64,000 nt of DNA from Camelus dromedarius (Eukaryota), in the NCBI RefSeq assembly GCF_036321535.1, contig NC_087437.1:41046001-41110000 (forward strand), in the 5' to 3' direction. This document shows, in pieces, positions 27,070 to 41,082 of the stretch. Under the pieces are notes generated by a model. The model was given only the letters and a program-made list of their open reading frames with translations, did no database searches and was not told where the DNA came from. Both the position numbers and the translations under genes were made by a program. Within the stretch, counting starts at the first letter, position 1; each line of letters opens with the position of its first letter.

Positions 27070-27410
27070 CCACGCTGCCCTTAGTGCATGGACAGCTTCC
27101 GGCTTTCTGCCCCCGGTTCAGCCAGTGATTCGCGCCACCGTCAGAGCGTCTATAATCAGGAGAGGATTCCTTAACATTTTCCAGTGACGTGGCGCTGCCG
27201 GAAAGTCTTTGTGCGGCTGATCGTCCCCTCTGTTTACCAACCTTTGTTTTTGAATCTTTTAAGAGAAGAATTGGCCTTGAGTGCGGCGCGGGGCTGGGGA
27301 GACTTTAACCTGTCCTGCCGGTTTGGAGCCGAAGCGCGCTATGCCCCTCGCTGTCCAGGGACGCGGGACCTTGAGCCACCCAGACCAGTTTCCTCTGGTT
27401 TAGCCGAGAC
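27070..27410. promoter_or_regulatory. CpG-rich island ~1.5 kb upstream of the SLC2A2 ATG
   Basis: About 23 CpGs counted in ~340 bp against a CpG-depleted background; contains CTTCCGG/CCGGAA (ETS) and TGACGT (CRE/ATF). Confidence 0.65.
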
Positions 27411-29225
27411 ATTGCCTGTTCTGCTCTTTGCACATATATGAGTAATCTCTGCACCTTTTTAGGGATGGGCTGGAACTTTATCTCCCGTTGTGGGTGGAGG
27501 GATTGTTATAGTGATTGCATTGATGGATTTAGCGCTTGGAGAATTGATAATCCATTTCGGCCTCTCAGGAGAGATTGCCTTTAGCGGTCACCCAAGGAAA
27601 TGCGGGTCGGATTGCCTGGAGGCATCTTCTGTTTCCCTGGCTGTGGGATAAAGTCAAGCTTTTCACTCTTTTCTGTCGGTATGGGGATCACTCAATGAGG
27701 TGCACTAGTGCTCAGAATCATCCGGATATTCCCTCTGGGGGGGCGTGAAACCAGCTCTGGGTTTGTTTTAGGGTTCACTCTTTAAACGCTTCAAATCGCA
27801 TTCTGACTGCTTGATTTATTCCTCATGGTACACACCAATAGCTCTAGGTGGTGAGAGTTTCCAAGGACAGAAAAGAGCTTCTCCTCTTTTTTCACTCTTC
27901 TTTTTACTTTGAGTAAAATGAGAGCTTAGTTTATTTCTATAAATGGGAAGAAAGACAACCAGCTATCTCTGCATGCTGCTTTCCTCAATGATTCGGTCAG
28001 GTGTGGGGGAAGGGCAAAGGCATCTCTGGGGAACGAAAATCAAATGAGTTCAAACTGGGCCAACCCAGGAGTGCAAGAGAGTATTGGAAAGTACCAGTTC
28101 CTGAAGAAGGCCAGTGTATTTTAAGATTTCTGAATCAAGTTTGTCCCCATTGTAGCCTGCCTCTTCTCACCCTCTCCCCAGGCCCCTCTCTGGTCCAAGC
28201 CACTAGCATCTCTCCCAAGTGTGACTGACTGCACTGGCCTCCTACCTGGCCTACGGGTGTCCACTTGCTGTCGTGCCATTGTTGAACAGGATAATGGTTC
28301 TTTCCTCCATTAAACTGTTTCTGCACCATTGTCAACCATCAGTTGGACATATTTACGTGGGTCTCATTTCTGGGTTTTCTGTTGTTTTCTATTGATTTAT
28401 TTGTCTATCCCTCTACCAATATCACAGAGTCTTGATTACTATAGCTATATGTTTTGAAATCAAGTAGACTAATTCCTTCCACTTTATTCTTTCTGAAAAT
28501 TTTAGTTCCTTTTACCTTTCTATGTAAAATTTAGAATAATCTTGTATGTCTCTATAAAACATCTTGCTAGGATTTTGATGGGAATTGCATTAAATTGGTA
28601 TATCAATTTGGGGAGAATTGTCATCTTTATTAGGCTGAGTCTTCCAACCCATGAACATGCTCTTCATTTATTTAGATTTTTTATTTCTTTTTATGTATTT
28701 TATAATTTTTAATGCATTCTTATAATTTTCAGGGTACAAGTCTTAGACATGTTTTGTTAGATTTAAATCTAACTCTTATTTTCTCAGTGATCGTAAAAGG
28801 TATTTTATTTTAAATTTCTGTATCCACATATTCATTTCTAGAATATAGATGTATAATTGATTTTTGTGTGTTCGTCATATATCCCGAAACCTTGCTGAGC
28901 TCACTTATTAGTTGTAGGAGGTTTTTTTGTTTGTTTTGGTAGATTCCTTGGGATTTTCTAGGTAGACAATCATGTCATCTGAAAATAGGGAGAATTTTAT
29001 TTGTTACTTTCTGATCTATATGCCTTTTATTACTTTTTCTTGCCTTATGGCACTGGCTATAACTCCCAGTACTATGCTGAGTAAGAGTGCTGAGATATTC
29101 TTACCTTGTTCTTGATCATGAGGAAAACATTAGTCATTCATAGTTAAATGTAATGTTGTTGCCTGTTTTCTGTAGATGCTCTTTGTCAAGTTAAGGAAGT
29201 TTTCCTCTAGTCCTATTTTTCTGAG

Positions 29226-29229
<4 letters not shown>

Positions 29230-29270
<41 letters not shown>
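29230..29270. repeat. (GT)20 microsatellite
   Basis: Perfect dinucleotide run. Confidence 0.95.
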
Positions 29271-29273
<3 letters not shown>

Positions 29274-29481
29274 AATAATGAATGGGTATTGAATTTTATC
29301 ATATGCTTTTTTTACATTAATTATATGATCATGTGATTTTTCCTGTTTAGATTGTTAATATGGTAGATTACAATGATTTGCTTCTTGAATATTGAACTAG
29401 CCTTGCTTCTCTGGAATAGCTCTACTTGGTCATAGTGTATAATACTTTTTATATATTGCTGAATTCTATTTGCTAGTATTT

Positions 29482-29620
29482 GGGGGGGAGGTGTAGCTCA
29501 GTGGTAGAGCACGTGTCTAGCATGCACAAAGTCCTGGGTTCAATCCCCAGCATCTCCATCAAAAAATGAATAAATAAACCTAATAATCTATCTCCCCAAC
29601 AAAACAACAACAAAAATTTT
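29482..29620 (+). mobile_element. tRNA-derived SINE (Vic-1-like) nested in an older L1
   Basis: Same A/B boxes and body as the copies at 5392 and 16992; interrupts antisense L1 sequence. Confidence 0.88.
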
Positions 29621-32600
29621 TTAAAAAGAATTTTTGTGTCTATATTTATGAAGGGTATTAGTCTAAGTGTTCTTTTTTTTGGTCTGTCTTTGACTTTGAT
29701 ATTAAGGTAATATTAGCTTCAGAAAATGAATTTAAAAGTCATTTCTCCTTCAGTGTTCTGAAAGAGATTGTATTAAATTGGTGTTTGGTAGGATTCCCCA
29801 GTAAACAATCTGGATCTGTAGATTTCTTTTAAGGGTTTTTTTAAATTGTAATTTTAATTGCCTCAATACTTACAAGACTATTCAAATTATCCATTTACTA
29901 TTGGCTGAGTTGTGGTAGTATTCTTTGAGCAAGTGGTGAATTTCATTTCAGTTGTTGAATTTATGTGTATAAGGCCTTTCCTAGTATTCCCTTATTATTC
30001 TTTCTGTGTCTTCAGGGTTTATAGTGATTCAGCCCTGTTTCATTCCTGATATTGATAATTTGGGTCTGCTCTTTTTTGTGTGTGAGTCTTGCTAGAGGTT
30101 TGTACATTTTACTGATTTTTTTTCCAAAGAACCAGATCTTTGTTTCACTGATTTTCTGTTTTTCTATCTTTGATTTCAGTAATTTCTGCTCTTATCTGTA
30201 CTAGTTCCTTCTTTCTGCTTACTTTGGGTTTTTTTTTATCATTCTTTTTCTAGGTTCTGGAGAAGGGAAATTAATCGATTGATTTGAGAATCTTCTTCTT
30301 TTCTCATGTATACATTTAGTGCTATAAATTTCCCTCTCAACATTACTTTAGCAGTGTCTCGTAAAATTTGACATGTTTTATTTCAATTTCCGTTAAGTTC
30401 AATGAATTTTTTATTTCCCTTGAGACTTCCTCGCTGACCTGTAGATTATTTTAGAAGTGTGTTATTTTGTTCCAAGTGTTCAGAGGTTTTCCTGTTATTG
30501 TCCTGGTATTGATTTCTTGTTTCATTCATTCCATTGTGGTCAGGAAAAAAACTCTGTATGATTTTAATTCTTTTAAATTTGTTAAGGTTTGTTTTATGGC
30601 CCTGAATATTGTTTATCTTGGTAAATGTTCCATGAGCACTCGAAAAGAATATGTATTCTGCTGTTGTTGGGTGGAGTGTTCTATTAGTGTTGATTAGAAC
30701 CTATTGGTTGATGCTGTTGTTGAGTTCCTCTAGTTCTTTGGTCTAGTTGTTCTATCAAATGTTGAAGTCTACAACTGTAATTATGGATTTGTCCTCTACT
30801 GCCAGATGAAGGCAGCAGTCCATGCTGCCCACTCAGCCTACACTGACACCAAAGACAGGGGGAGGTTCTTCATTTGTGCTGGGCAGGGATAAGACTTCCA
30901 TTTCCCCAAAGACTCTCCACTGACACTATGGTAGGCATGGCCTCACTACTGATGGGCAATGGTGAAATGCCTTTCTCTCCTCTAGATCTCCTCTGAGATT
31001 AACTGATCTAAGTTTTAGAGTCTATATGGAGAGCACTTCAAACTTTCCCAGATGACAGCCTGTTAGGTTTCATATAAGCCCAGAGTTTTAGCTTCAGATC
31101 TCTGTTATTCTGGAAGACTCTGTTGAAGGTCGTCATCATGTGATCTACACCATGGTGAGTGTTTGGCTCTCTTTACATTCATATGCTATATGACCCAACT
31201 CATTCAACAATTAATAACTGGATTCTTGACCATTAAGGGCAGGACCAGACAGCTGTTTAAACTACAAAAACAGTGCCATATTTTCCACTAAGTCCAGAGA
31301 CCCTCACACCTACTCCTTTCAGTTCCACTTACAATCCAAATAGAAAGTCATCGCTTGTATGGAGAATAGCCATATAACAAGAACGCCCATGATAGCCTTT
31401 CTTGTGAAAAGATAAAATGAGGACTTTATTGAATACATTGATATTGAAGATTTGAGATGATTTAATTTTGGAAGATACTAAACAATTTAAGTAAATAATT
31501 TGGAGACAATTTAGTAGCCACAAAATATTTTAGATTCGAGCTTTAATTAAACTTTGTGTCCCTAAGCAATGTAAGGCAGTTTGGCCAATAATATTAGATG
31601 CTTGCTTCTTAGAGTAGGTCTTAGGAATAACTAAACCAGTGAACATGAAAGTCTGAGCTTTGATGTAACAGACTTGAGGGAGAGGGTTTGGTAAAGAGTA
31701 GATATTTCTCAGATAGTAATGTGAGTGTGGGTTGGACTGGGCAATGAGTGAAGGAGGAAAGGAGGAAGACACTAAAAAGAATGGAATCCAAGCCTCCAGG
31801 AAGGCCTGCCAAGACTGGCATATTGTTCCTGTTTGGATGACGCTCTGGGACCCACAATGACCTCTTGGACTTCCCCTGGAAATGAACTTTGGCAGAGGTC
31901 CAGAGAGATCAAGTCTTGGTCCAAGTGCAGTCCTGGTCTCTATCTTCAACCATATCCACAGCTAAGGGAGTCTTCTATGACCTTAAAAAGAGTGCCCTGT
32001 GCTGGGACTAAGAGGGAAGAACATGGGGCAGGTTTTTGGTGCCAGTTCTGTCTGTGGATGCCAATAAACTGGCCTATTTCCTTTATTCTCTTTCTTTTCC
32101 TTTTCTTGAACTTGTCTATAATTGAGTCAATTCAGTGGACCCACAGGCAGATAAGAAGTGATTAGTAGATTCTTCGGACTAGCTCAGTAGTCACCTGGAG
32201 AGACTCAGACAATCTCAAGTGATAAAGCCAAATATACGTAGAGGCCTGTGGGACCTCTTGACCCATCCCAAAGGCAAATCTATGGCCACCAGGTGCGGGA
32301 AAGAGGAAGTAGCCCTGGTTATGGAGGCTGTGACTGTTGAGACTTCTTCGCATGTATGGTGACCTTAATAGCCTATCAGTGATACACACTGTGAGTCTCA
32401 GGTTCCAGATAAAAAGCTACCCAATAGCTATCCAAGTCTAGGCACCGTCCGCTCCCCTTTCATTTATTTTTTTTCTCCTTTCAAAAATATTTACTTCATT
32501 TTAATAGCAAATTAAACATATATACATGAGAACATTATCACTGAGAAAATTTCATAGAAGGCAGGTAAAGCTAAAATGACCCCTTACCCCATCTTCAACC

Positions 32601-35600
32601 AAGGCAACTCCTCTGAGGTGTTTCTGTTTTCAGTTTGATAAGTGCCTTTCCACAATCCTCTTTGAATCTTTCACTCTTATTTGTTTCTATTCCTTTTCCT
32701 CCTCACCAAGCTTGTCCCCTCTGCTATGTTAGGATGAGCTTTTAATTGAATTACTACTCCTCAAAAAACTTTCTCTTAGTTGGCCTTCCTTGGTATGAAA
32801 CAGAAGCCTGTAGGCAAGTGATGCCCAGTTTATCATTCCAAGCCCGGGTGTCTGGATGCCCTTTCCAGCACCCCAGGCCGCTGCTTGTCTAAGAGAGAGC
32901 GGGAAGACGACCAGCTGTGTCATGGCTCCTGCCAGGCTGATGATACCTGGCTGACCCCTTAGCCTACTGCCCATCACTTCAGAAAGGATGAAGGGTCTCC
33001 CCTTCCTGGAATGGTTTTCTGTCTTTTCTGAACCCAAGATATCTTGTAAAAGGAATTCATGCCACCCACTCACAAGGGTTTGGAGCACTGGACAAGAGAT
33101 GTTGTTTGGATTCTCCCTGTGCAGAGGGTTTGGCAGTTTGACTATGGACGAGTCTTGCTTAACTCTCTAGACTTCATCAATAAAACAAACTAGACAATCT
33201 CTGAGGCTCTTCACGTGCAAGGTGGAGATTGTATCTGATTCATGGAGTTGTGAGGATTCAAGAAGACAGTATGGATACAGTACCTAGAATAAAGCTGAGC
33301 ACATAGTAAACTCTCAGTAGATGACAGCTGTTATTATTTTTCTGCTCTCAGTTTCCACGATTCTTTGTTCTGAATTTAACATCCTCTCCAAAAGTTAGTA
33401 TACGGTCCTGTGACTCCCCGGGTTGACTAGCTCTGTGAGTTCTGCTCCTTCTTTCAGCCTGGAGTTTGTGAAATTTGGCGATGAGGTCAATGAAGCCCCG
33501 TTAAAAGAACAAGGGGCCATCTACTGAGCAGGCAGTTCCCTGGACTTGTGCTATTCATGTCACGAAGGTTTGACAATCTGTGACAAATTCTTTTGACAGA
33601 TGTGCATCTATGGCAATTTATCAGTGAGCACGGTCCCAAATTAATTAATCATTGGGCAATTCAGTCTAAATTAAACGGTGCTGCTGCATGCAGAAAATTT
33701 TTGTTTGCAATTCTTGAGTCATTTCAGTTTAAATTAAGTCAATTAAAATTCTCTGATACTAACCATTTTTCAATCAAGTGTGCCTAAATGGCTACAATAC
33801 TCCACAGGGCATCTTTCGGTTATGAGTTTGTGTCTCTTTAATGTCTGCGGGTTAATTATTTTCCTACAGTGTGCTATTTTCTGCCACTGCCTTCAATACC
33901 GTTTGCTGCTAATTTGTGGGGTGTTAAGGGAGGCTTATGAGGTTGACACAAAAAAGTGGGAGCGAAGATCAAGAGGTCATCACTGAGGTTTAACAAACAA
34001 TGTTGCTCGGTGTTATTGACCAATAGGTCACCAATAAAAGGAGCAGAGTCAGGGAGAAATGGTTCTTGTGACAGCTGTTTACCAGACGCAGAGCAGTTCC
34101 AGGAATGTACTGTAACAAGCAGATGGTGCAACTCGTTGGTGGGTGAGTTGTTGACCAGGTATTTTTTTGTCTTGTAAATCTCTAAGAGACACAACCAGCT
34201 TCAGTGTATTAGTCCCATTCTTCTCAGAAAATGCCTAACACTTGCAAACACCCAAAGTGGGCTTCTGGCATCTCTTCAGAGACATTGAGAGTCAGTGGCA
34301 AGACTGGTAAAAGTAAGGCCAACTAGAATTTCTTTCTCCCTTGCAACTTGGAGTCATCTCCCCAGTTTGAGCAGGGCAAGTGGGTTTGGGGAATCACTTT
34401 GCGGTGGTTGGTGGAAAGAGCAAGTGGCTTTTATTTTTCTTCAGGGAGTCAGATGAGCCCTTCAGAAACTGAAGATTGGAGCCTCAGTGCCTCCATGCGG
34501 TAGACAGGCAGAGTCCACAGTCCTAGGAGCAATCCTTGGGCCTCTAGGGATGGCCAAGGCTGCTGCAGAGTGGAGCCCTCCTTTGCGGTAGCCACTGTCT
34601 TCTCTCACAGGTGGTGTCTGCCCCAAGGTTGGGTCCTGCCTTTCTTCTCATTTCCCTTCACTCCTTTTTCTTTTTTCTTCCCAAACTCTCCTCAGGTGGC
34701 CTATGCTGAACTGAAGGGGGAAATTGCTTTGTTTTGCTTCAGCAAGAGCACAGGTCTCTTACCCAACCCAGCTGTGGGATTCCAGCCAAGCCTTATGGGT
34801 GGGCTCTGTTGCCTTTGTTTTACCACTGATGGAAGCGGGATGAAGAGGGTCAGGAATGCGGCATGGTGGGGAGGAAAGGGTGCAGTCCTAGGAGCCTTCT
34901 TGCTCCACTGCTGACGCAGCCCTCCAGGCCACCTTCAGCCACAAAGTAACTTGGGGTTCTGGTCTCTGAGGGGTTAGGCTCTAAGTTCCTTGCCATTTTG
35001 TTCTTCCAAGACATGCAAGATCACAGCAAGGATAAAGGATAGGTTTCTTACTGATGGCTTCATAACAAAGGGTAAAGAGATGGGTGAGTGTTCCCATAAG
35101 TAAATGTCCTGAGTGACACATTCTATTCTAGTTTATTTCTGGTAGTCATAGCCCCTGCCAAGAGGTAGCCCCCACACTAGAATGTCCCTGATCCTTTTGT
35201 CCTCATCACACAGCACCCAGCCTGATTCATCCATTGTCCTTACTCACAGATTTCTTGCCAGTGAGAATTCATTTAGCATTTTAATCCATTAATTTGCTGC
35301 CGCAGAGCCAACTCTGCCTAGGAGATAACAGCTCCAGATGCTGAGGTGCTCAAAGTTCGCTGTCAGAAAAGTTTCCTGGGTAATGAAATAAAAAAGCATC
35401 TCAAGTACCAGATGCACAAGGTAGTGCTTTTGCTGACTGTCATTGCTAACTTCCACAAAGATTGTAGTGGAATGTTGGTGGGAACATAGAAGAAAGAGAT
35501 CAAGGATGAAGCTATGAGTTTGTCATAGAAGCCACTGCTTGATGGGTAAGGTCAAATCTGAGTCTAAGACAGATGTTCCTGTAAAGTATCTTTCATTAAG

Positions 35601-36479
35601 GTAGAGTTATATTCATTTTTTTTAAGCCATCAAACCTTAAGGAATGAATCAGGCCAATGCATGCATATTACACAGGAATATAAACCCAAGAGCGCCAGAT
35701 GGAAATGTGCATCAAACAACAGAAATTCAGTAAAAAGTAATTTGGTTTTTAAAAAAAGGAAAAAAGGGGAAAAATACAACTTAGGGTATTGAAAGTGACA
35801 GATATACCTTATTCTTTCCCTCTTTATATAAAACAACGCATATTTAAAAAGTGAAAATGTTGCTCTTTTTATGTAATCTTTAACATTTCTCTTGAATTTT
35901 ATGGGCATTGTAAGAAAAACTACACACAAAGTTTACAAAGAGCTTTTCTATCGGTGATCTGATCTGATCAACATAATTGAGACGTGAGGTGGGCGAGAAT
36001 GGCCTCATTATCCCCATTTTTGAAATGAGAAAACAGAGGCTTAGAGACGTGTGTTTGCTTAGGGTCACCCAGCTCGCACACTGTGTTCTGACTTCAGATT
36101 CTTTTCGTCTGTGTATTTTAGGAATGAAGTCCTAGTTCTCAGTTTTCCCTTTTTCATGATTTTCACAAGCCCTTTTAGTGAAAGGCCAGGGAAAACCTCC
36201 CAGGGTGATCACTGACACTGAATTACAGTCCTGACTTTAATGTCTTAAGAACTAATTACTCTTTGATAAGATGCTACTCTGGTGTTCTTTATTTTGAAGA
36301 GGATGGCTCTTCTCACACTGTTATTGGAGTGGTTTGGTTGAAAGAACACTGAACTGGTCACCAGAAGAGCCCACTTCTAATTTAGGTTCTACCACTGCTC
36401 ACCCCTAAGATCTTGAGCAAGCTATTTCTAATTCTTTGTGCCTCAGTGTTCCCATTTACAAAATGAGGGGATTAAACAG

Positions 36480-37100
36480 AATAAGACCTAAATTAAAATT
36501 AAAATTAGGAAAGACATTTTAAGTATGGAAAAAATTAAAATGCATAATTAAAATAAAAATAGGCAAGACCAACGAAGCAAATCAAGAGATTAAGAAATTA
36601 AGAGTAAAGAAAGAATATAATGGGACATTCAAACATATAGATAAAATGTAAATGAAAGGGAAAAAAAAGGTTAAGAGTAACAAACAAAAGGAAATGGAGA
36701 TATTTAAGCATAAAAATATTCAAAGAAGAAAAGCAAAGTAAGAAGAATTTAAAGACACAAAGAAATCAAGACAGCTGCCAAATAAAAAAGAAAAGTTAAA
36801 ATAGAACAAAAAAGTAGCTAAGTAAAAAAAATTAATTAGAGGTTGAGTATAAAAAAGATAAGTGTTAATCAAGTAGCAATAAAATTGTTATTGCAACCTA
36901 AATCTGAGACAATAAAAAGGATGGTAAAAATAAAGGAAGTTTGAAAATTTGAGATAGAAAGAGGGTCAGCATGAAAAGAGAAAAGCAGTTCAAAGTAGAT
37001 GCCAAGAGGCAAAAGTAATAGCCATAAAGTGTACTTTTAAAAGGGTATATTTCACAAATAAAAGATGCTGTTAAATTAACTTCAAGAAAACAAGAAGAAA
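36480..37100. repeat. A-rich low-complexity tract
   Basis: Strongly A/purine-biased ~600 bp with no periodic unit. Confidence 0.7.
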
Positions 37101-40100
37101 AGCACCTGCGTACCAGAGCAGGTGGGCATCCTGTGTCTTCAGCAAGGCCCTCTGGGCTGAGGTCACCTGCGGCAGCGCCGTTGTCTCCAAGCAGGAAGCT
37201 CAGGCTCCCCCGCGGGCAGCAAAGCCCCCAGCTGTCAGGAATGTGCCCCAGTGACAAAGGGCAGTTTCATGGTGGATGAGGAGTGGGATCAGTGGCCAGG
37301 GAATCCAGCCCATTTGGCAGGTCACAGCAACCTCTGGGAAAGTCTTCAAGCCCTGCTTGGAACACAAGATTATAGCAAGATGCCTGCACGACGTGGAAAA
37401 AGGTGATTCCTTGTACACGCTTACAGTGTCTAAACACACTGGAAACATGCCGAATTGTTCAAAGGGGAAGAAGGAAAGCTCCAGAAGTGTAGCGTTTCTC
37501 AAAGTGTGAGATTGGGGGGTTTTCAGGACCACGGACACCAAAATTACAGACTGCTGCTCACAGCAGGGTGGGGGTGTTACAGAACTCTGCCTTAATCACA
37601 AGCATGCGGGTGATTCTTATGACCAGGAAAGTCTGGGCTAGTAGGGCCCAGGACGGCTTCATACTTCAAAGCTGGGGTTCAGTGAAGAAATCTGGGAACT
37701 TAGTCCTACAGACAGCAACTAAAAGAATGCCTGGAATTACGTGCATGAAATGATCTGTTTACGGGGTTTCTACCACCAACACACAGGAATCACTGCATTA
37801 ATTCCTAACTGACGGTGTGATTCATTCATCAAACATTGCCCAGGGGGCCAGGCAGCTGGCTGAATCTGGATTTTGAAAGCCCTGGGGCCTCTGTTAGGGG
37901 ACGGGTTTAGGGGTTCAGAGAACATGTTCTACATTCACATAGTCAGGTGATTGTTTTTCCTGCTCCACCAGCACTTTCTCTGGTCCCACTGAAATACTTG
38001 CTATTTCTGGGCCCACATGCCCTTCATTTCTCTGTGCCTTTGTTCAAGCTGCTCCTTCTTGTTGTAATGTCTTTCTCCCCTTTTCCTGTCTCATAATCTG
38101 GTAAAGGCCGCTTCCTCCTGGAAGCCCTCCATCAACACTCCAGGCAGAGGGCCCCTTCTCTTCAGTTCGATAGCAGTCCCTGCATTCCTCTGGCAAATGC
38201 TAGGCTCTGCTTTTTTGCTGTTGTCTCTGTGCATATTTGTATTCTTCCCCTGCCTTCCCCACCTGCCCTGCAGCAAAAGGAGATTGCACCTCCTTAAGGG
38301 CAGGGATCATTTCTTCATCAGCTGTTTCCGCCTCAGCATCCAGTGTGGGGCTTGCTATGTAATAGGTGGCTGATAAATAAATGGCTGCTTTGCTTTTCTC
38401 CACGTAGATGGTATGTGCTGGGTTTGCCTTAGTGACTTGTCAAAAGTCTCAAATACTTTAAAAAATGAGATAGCATACAAACGTGCAGAAAATAAAAATA
38501 CTATGATGATACAGTATTTTGGGGGTTCTCTGATACGTACAGGTGATAAGACAGCTTTATTAAAATGAACTGAATCAATGACCATTAACACATCCACATT
38601 AAACATTGCCATAAAGCACAACCAAGATACAAGTGAAGGTTCTCAGGGAAAATGTTTACAGTTACATTTTCCATATTATGGGTCAGGGACCTCAGCAAGG
38701 ATGGGGGCTGTGGAGCTAAAACAAGAGGTCTAGTATCCAAGTTTATACCAAGCACTGTTTGTAGACTGAATGACTCACATGTATAAGTAGTTTTTTTTCA
38801 AATGAGTGTGGCTTATAAAATGCAGTTTCATTTAAGTATTACCGAACTTTTTGCTGCTTTTCAGTTTCTTAGATGGTTATGATGGGAAGTCATCATGTTT
38901 AAAAAGATTGGGAACCACAAGCTGATAAGGTGGCTGGGATGCAGTTAGCCGATGACTTCTGTGTTGTGCACTATCTTCCATCCCACAGCGTGTCCACTCT
39001 GTGATGGCCCTTAGGCTTGTGGAAGTTGAATTCTGCCTGAGACCAACCACCACTTACCTTGATAAAGTCAGCAGCAGAAGTCCACATCACGGACCCCAGC
39101 TGGAGCACCTGCTTTGTTCCTGATGCCGGGTGCTGCTGCTCCCCCTCCTCCTTCCATATTTATCCCATCAGTTTTCTGTACTGAAAAAAGATCTGAACTT
39201 TCATAAGTACTCTAGAGCAGTTGTTGCCACTTTTTTTTTTTTTTTAGATTCCACTAAGCAGGAAAATTTAAAAAACAAAACTGAAGTCTCCCCTACACAA
39301 CCCAAAATCTTGTGGGGGACTGACAAGAAGGCTGCCAAATTTTCATTCTGCCAAACTAGAACATCTAATAAAATGAATGTCTATATATTATCAGCATCAG
39401 ACTCTCAAATGTAGCTTTTCACTGTACAAAGAGAATATGCCGCCTCCAAATTAGACTGTCTTTAAGTGAGCTTTATGGAAAACTCATGTTGTCCTTTGCC
39501 TTGGACTGGGGATAACTTTGGCCTGCCCCGATTGATGGGCCTCCAATTATGAACGGCTTTCCCACTGAGGACAAAGGATGAGATAGTTAAAAAGCGTCAG
39601 GTTGACCTGAGAGCTATGCTGTTTCCTTCTGCTCCAGTGATGCCTTCTAGCTCTACACTCCCCCATCTTAACTGGAGCATTGGGTGTAGGATAACCTGAG
39701 ATCATGGAGCATTGGGTGTAGGGCTGAAAAATTTGGTCAGACCATGATGTTACTAATCTACCTCCTTATGACATCATCTTGTAAATTAAATTTGAACTTT
39801 GGAAACCAAAATGACCAATTTTGGTGGGAGATGACCCTCTTTAAATTTGTTATTGTCACTGAACATGAACTTAGCTGCTTATTGGAAATATAAGAACACA
39901 TATTCTAGCTAGTGATATTCAATTTTTGAAGAAAACCAACACTCCAACATATTTTCACATAAATTATTGAGAACTCATTTAAAAATCAATTATGGTGTCT
40001 TTACAACTGGAATTTGTGGTGTTTAGATTGTTCACAATGACTGTGACATTTTGGGCATTTCTTAGCATGTTTCACATTCTCCATCTGTAACTGGAACCAA

Positions 40101-41082
40101 AGCCCTGTATCTTTCGTAAAGGACTTTAGGAATCTAAAACTAAGCAGCATGGAATCTAGAAATGGTGTTGGTCCTGGAAAAGGTTGATTAAGATCTTCTC
40201 CCTGACTATTTAGCATGAATTACACATTATCCTTCATCTCAACAGATTTGTGAAAAGACACAGAAAATAGAGGAACAAAAAAAATTATTTCACTGTTATA
40301 TTGCTTCATATTACATCATTTCATTATCTTCTTTCTTTATTTTTTAAAATATTTCTTTTATTAAGTGAGCAGGAAAATACATGATTGAACAAATCAAAAC
40401 TACAAGTTGTGCCCTTTACAAGACGGAGTGAAACAATAAATTTGTCAGAGGGCATGTGTCAATTTCCTACAACAAAACTTCATGCAACAACATTCAGTGG
40501 AGCTGAATATATACAGATGTTAGAGGCTGCCCAGGGAAGCCTCAGAACTATTGTCACTTGAACGAATAAGACCCAAATGTCATTAGGCTTTCTTGAAGCT
40601 GCATTTGGCAACGGGATACCTTAAATTTTGTTTATTTCTTGTTTTAGAAAAAAGATTTGTTGTTGTTGTCATTTTTAAACATTTACACCAGAAAACAAAA
40701 CTCAGAGTCCTCTTCCCACTTCCAGTAACTCTGTACTTACTGCAATGCCAGTAGCTTAAAATGGATCATTATGTGTACAAATGCAAGAGTTTTGAAATAA
40801 TACTTTTCTCAAGGTTCTGTATGACAGCCTCTCCTCCAGCCCTGCACCTTGGCCTGTTAAGATGATTCATGGAGCAAGAAAGTACAGCCAGGATTGTAGC
40901 CGGGTGTTTTCCATCCATGATAGTTTTCCAGGAAAGAAAACCCATAGGATTTTCTCTTTTCTACATGAAAGCAAACCTATGTTTTATGATACAGACTTTG
41001 GACACAGCTTTTTGATATTAAAATCAAAATGACCTTATAGTTTAATACCTTAATTTAACATTCCAAAACTCTGTTATTTATT

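Larger units (their letters stand above)
28270..30790 (-). mobile_element. Degenerate L1 ORF2 fragment (L1M-type)
   Basis: Long T-rich antisense L1 sequence (gattttgatgggaattgcatt, gacaatcatgtcatctg, aaagaaccag); no open frame. Confidence 0.85.

Noticed and set aside
36480..37100. A-rich tract as a possible coding or NUMT-like insert
   Set aside because: Low complexity with many stops and no recognisable homology.
37200..37222. Possible CTCF site between SLC2A2 and TNIK (also 49151-49166)
   Set aside because: Only partial motif matches with core mismatches; not supportable without a PWM scan or ChIP data.
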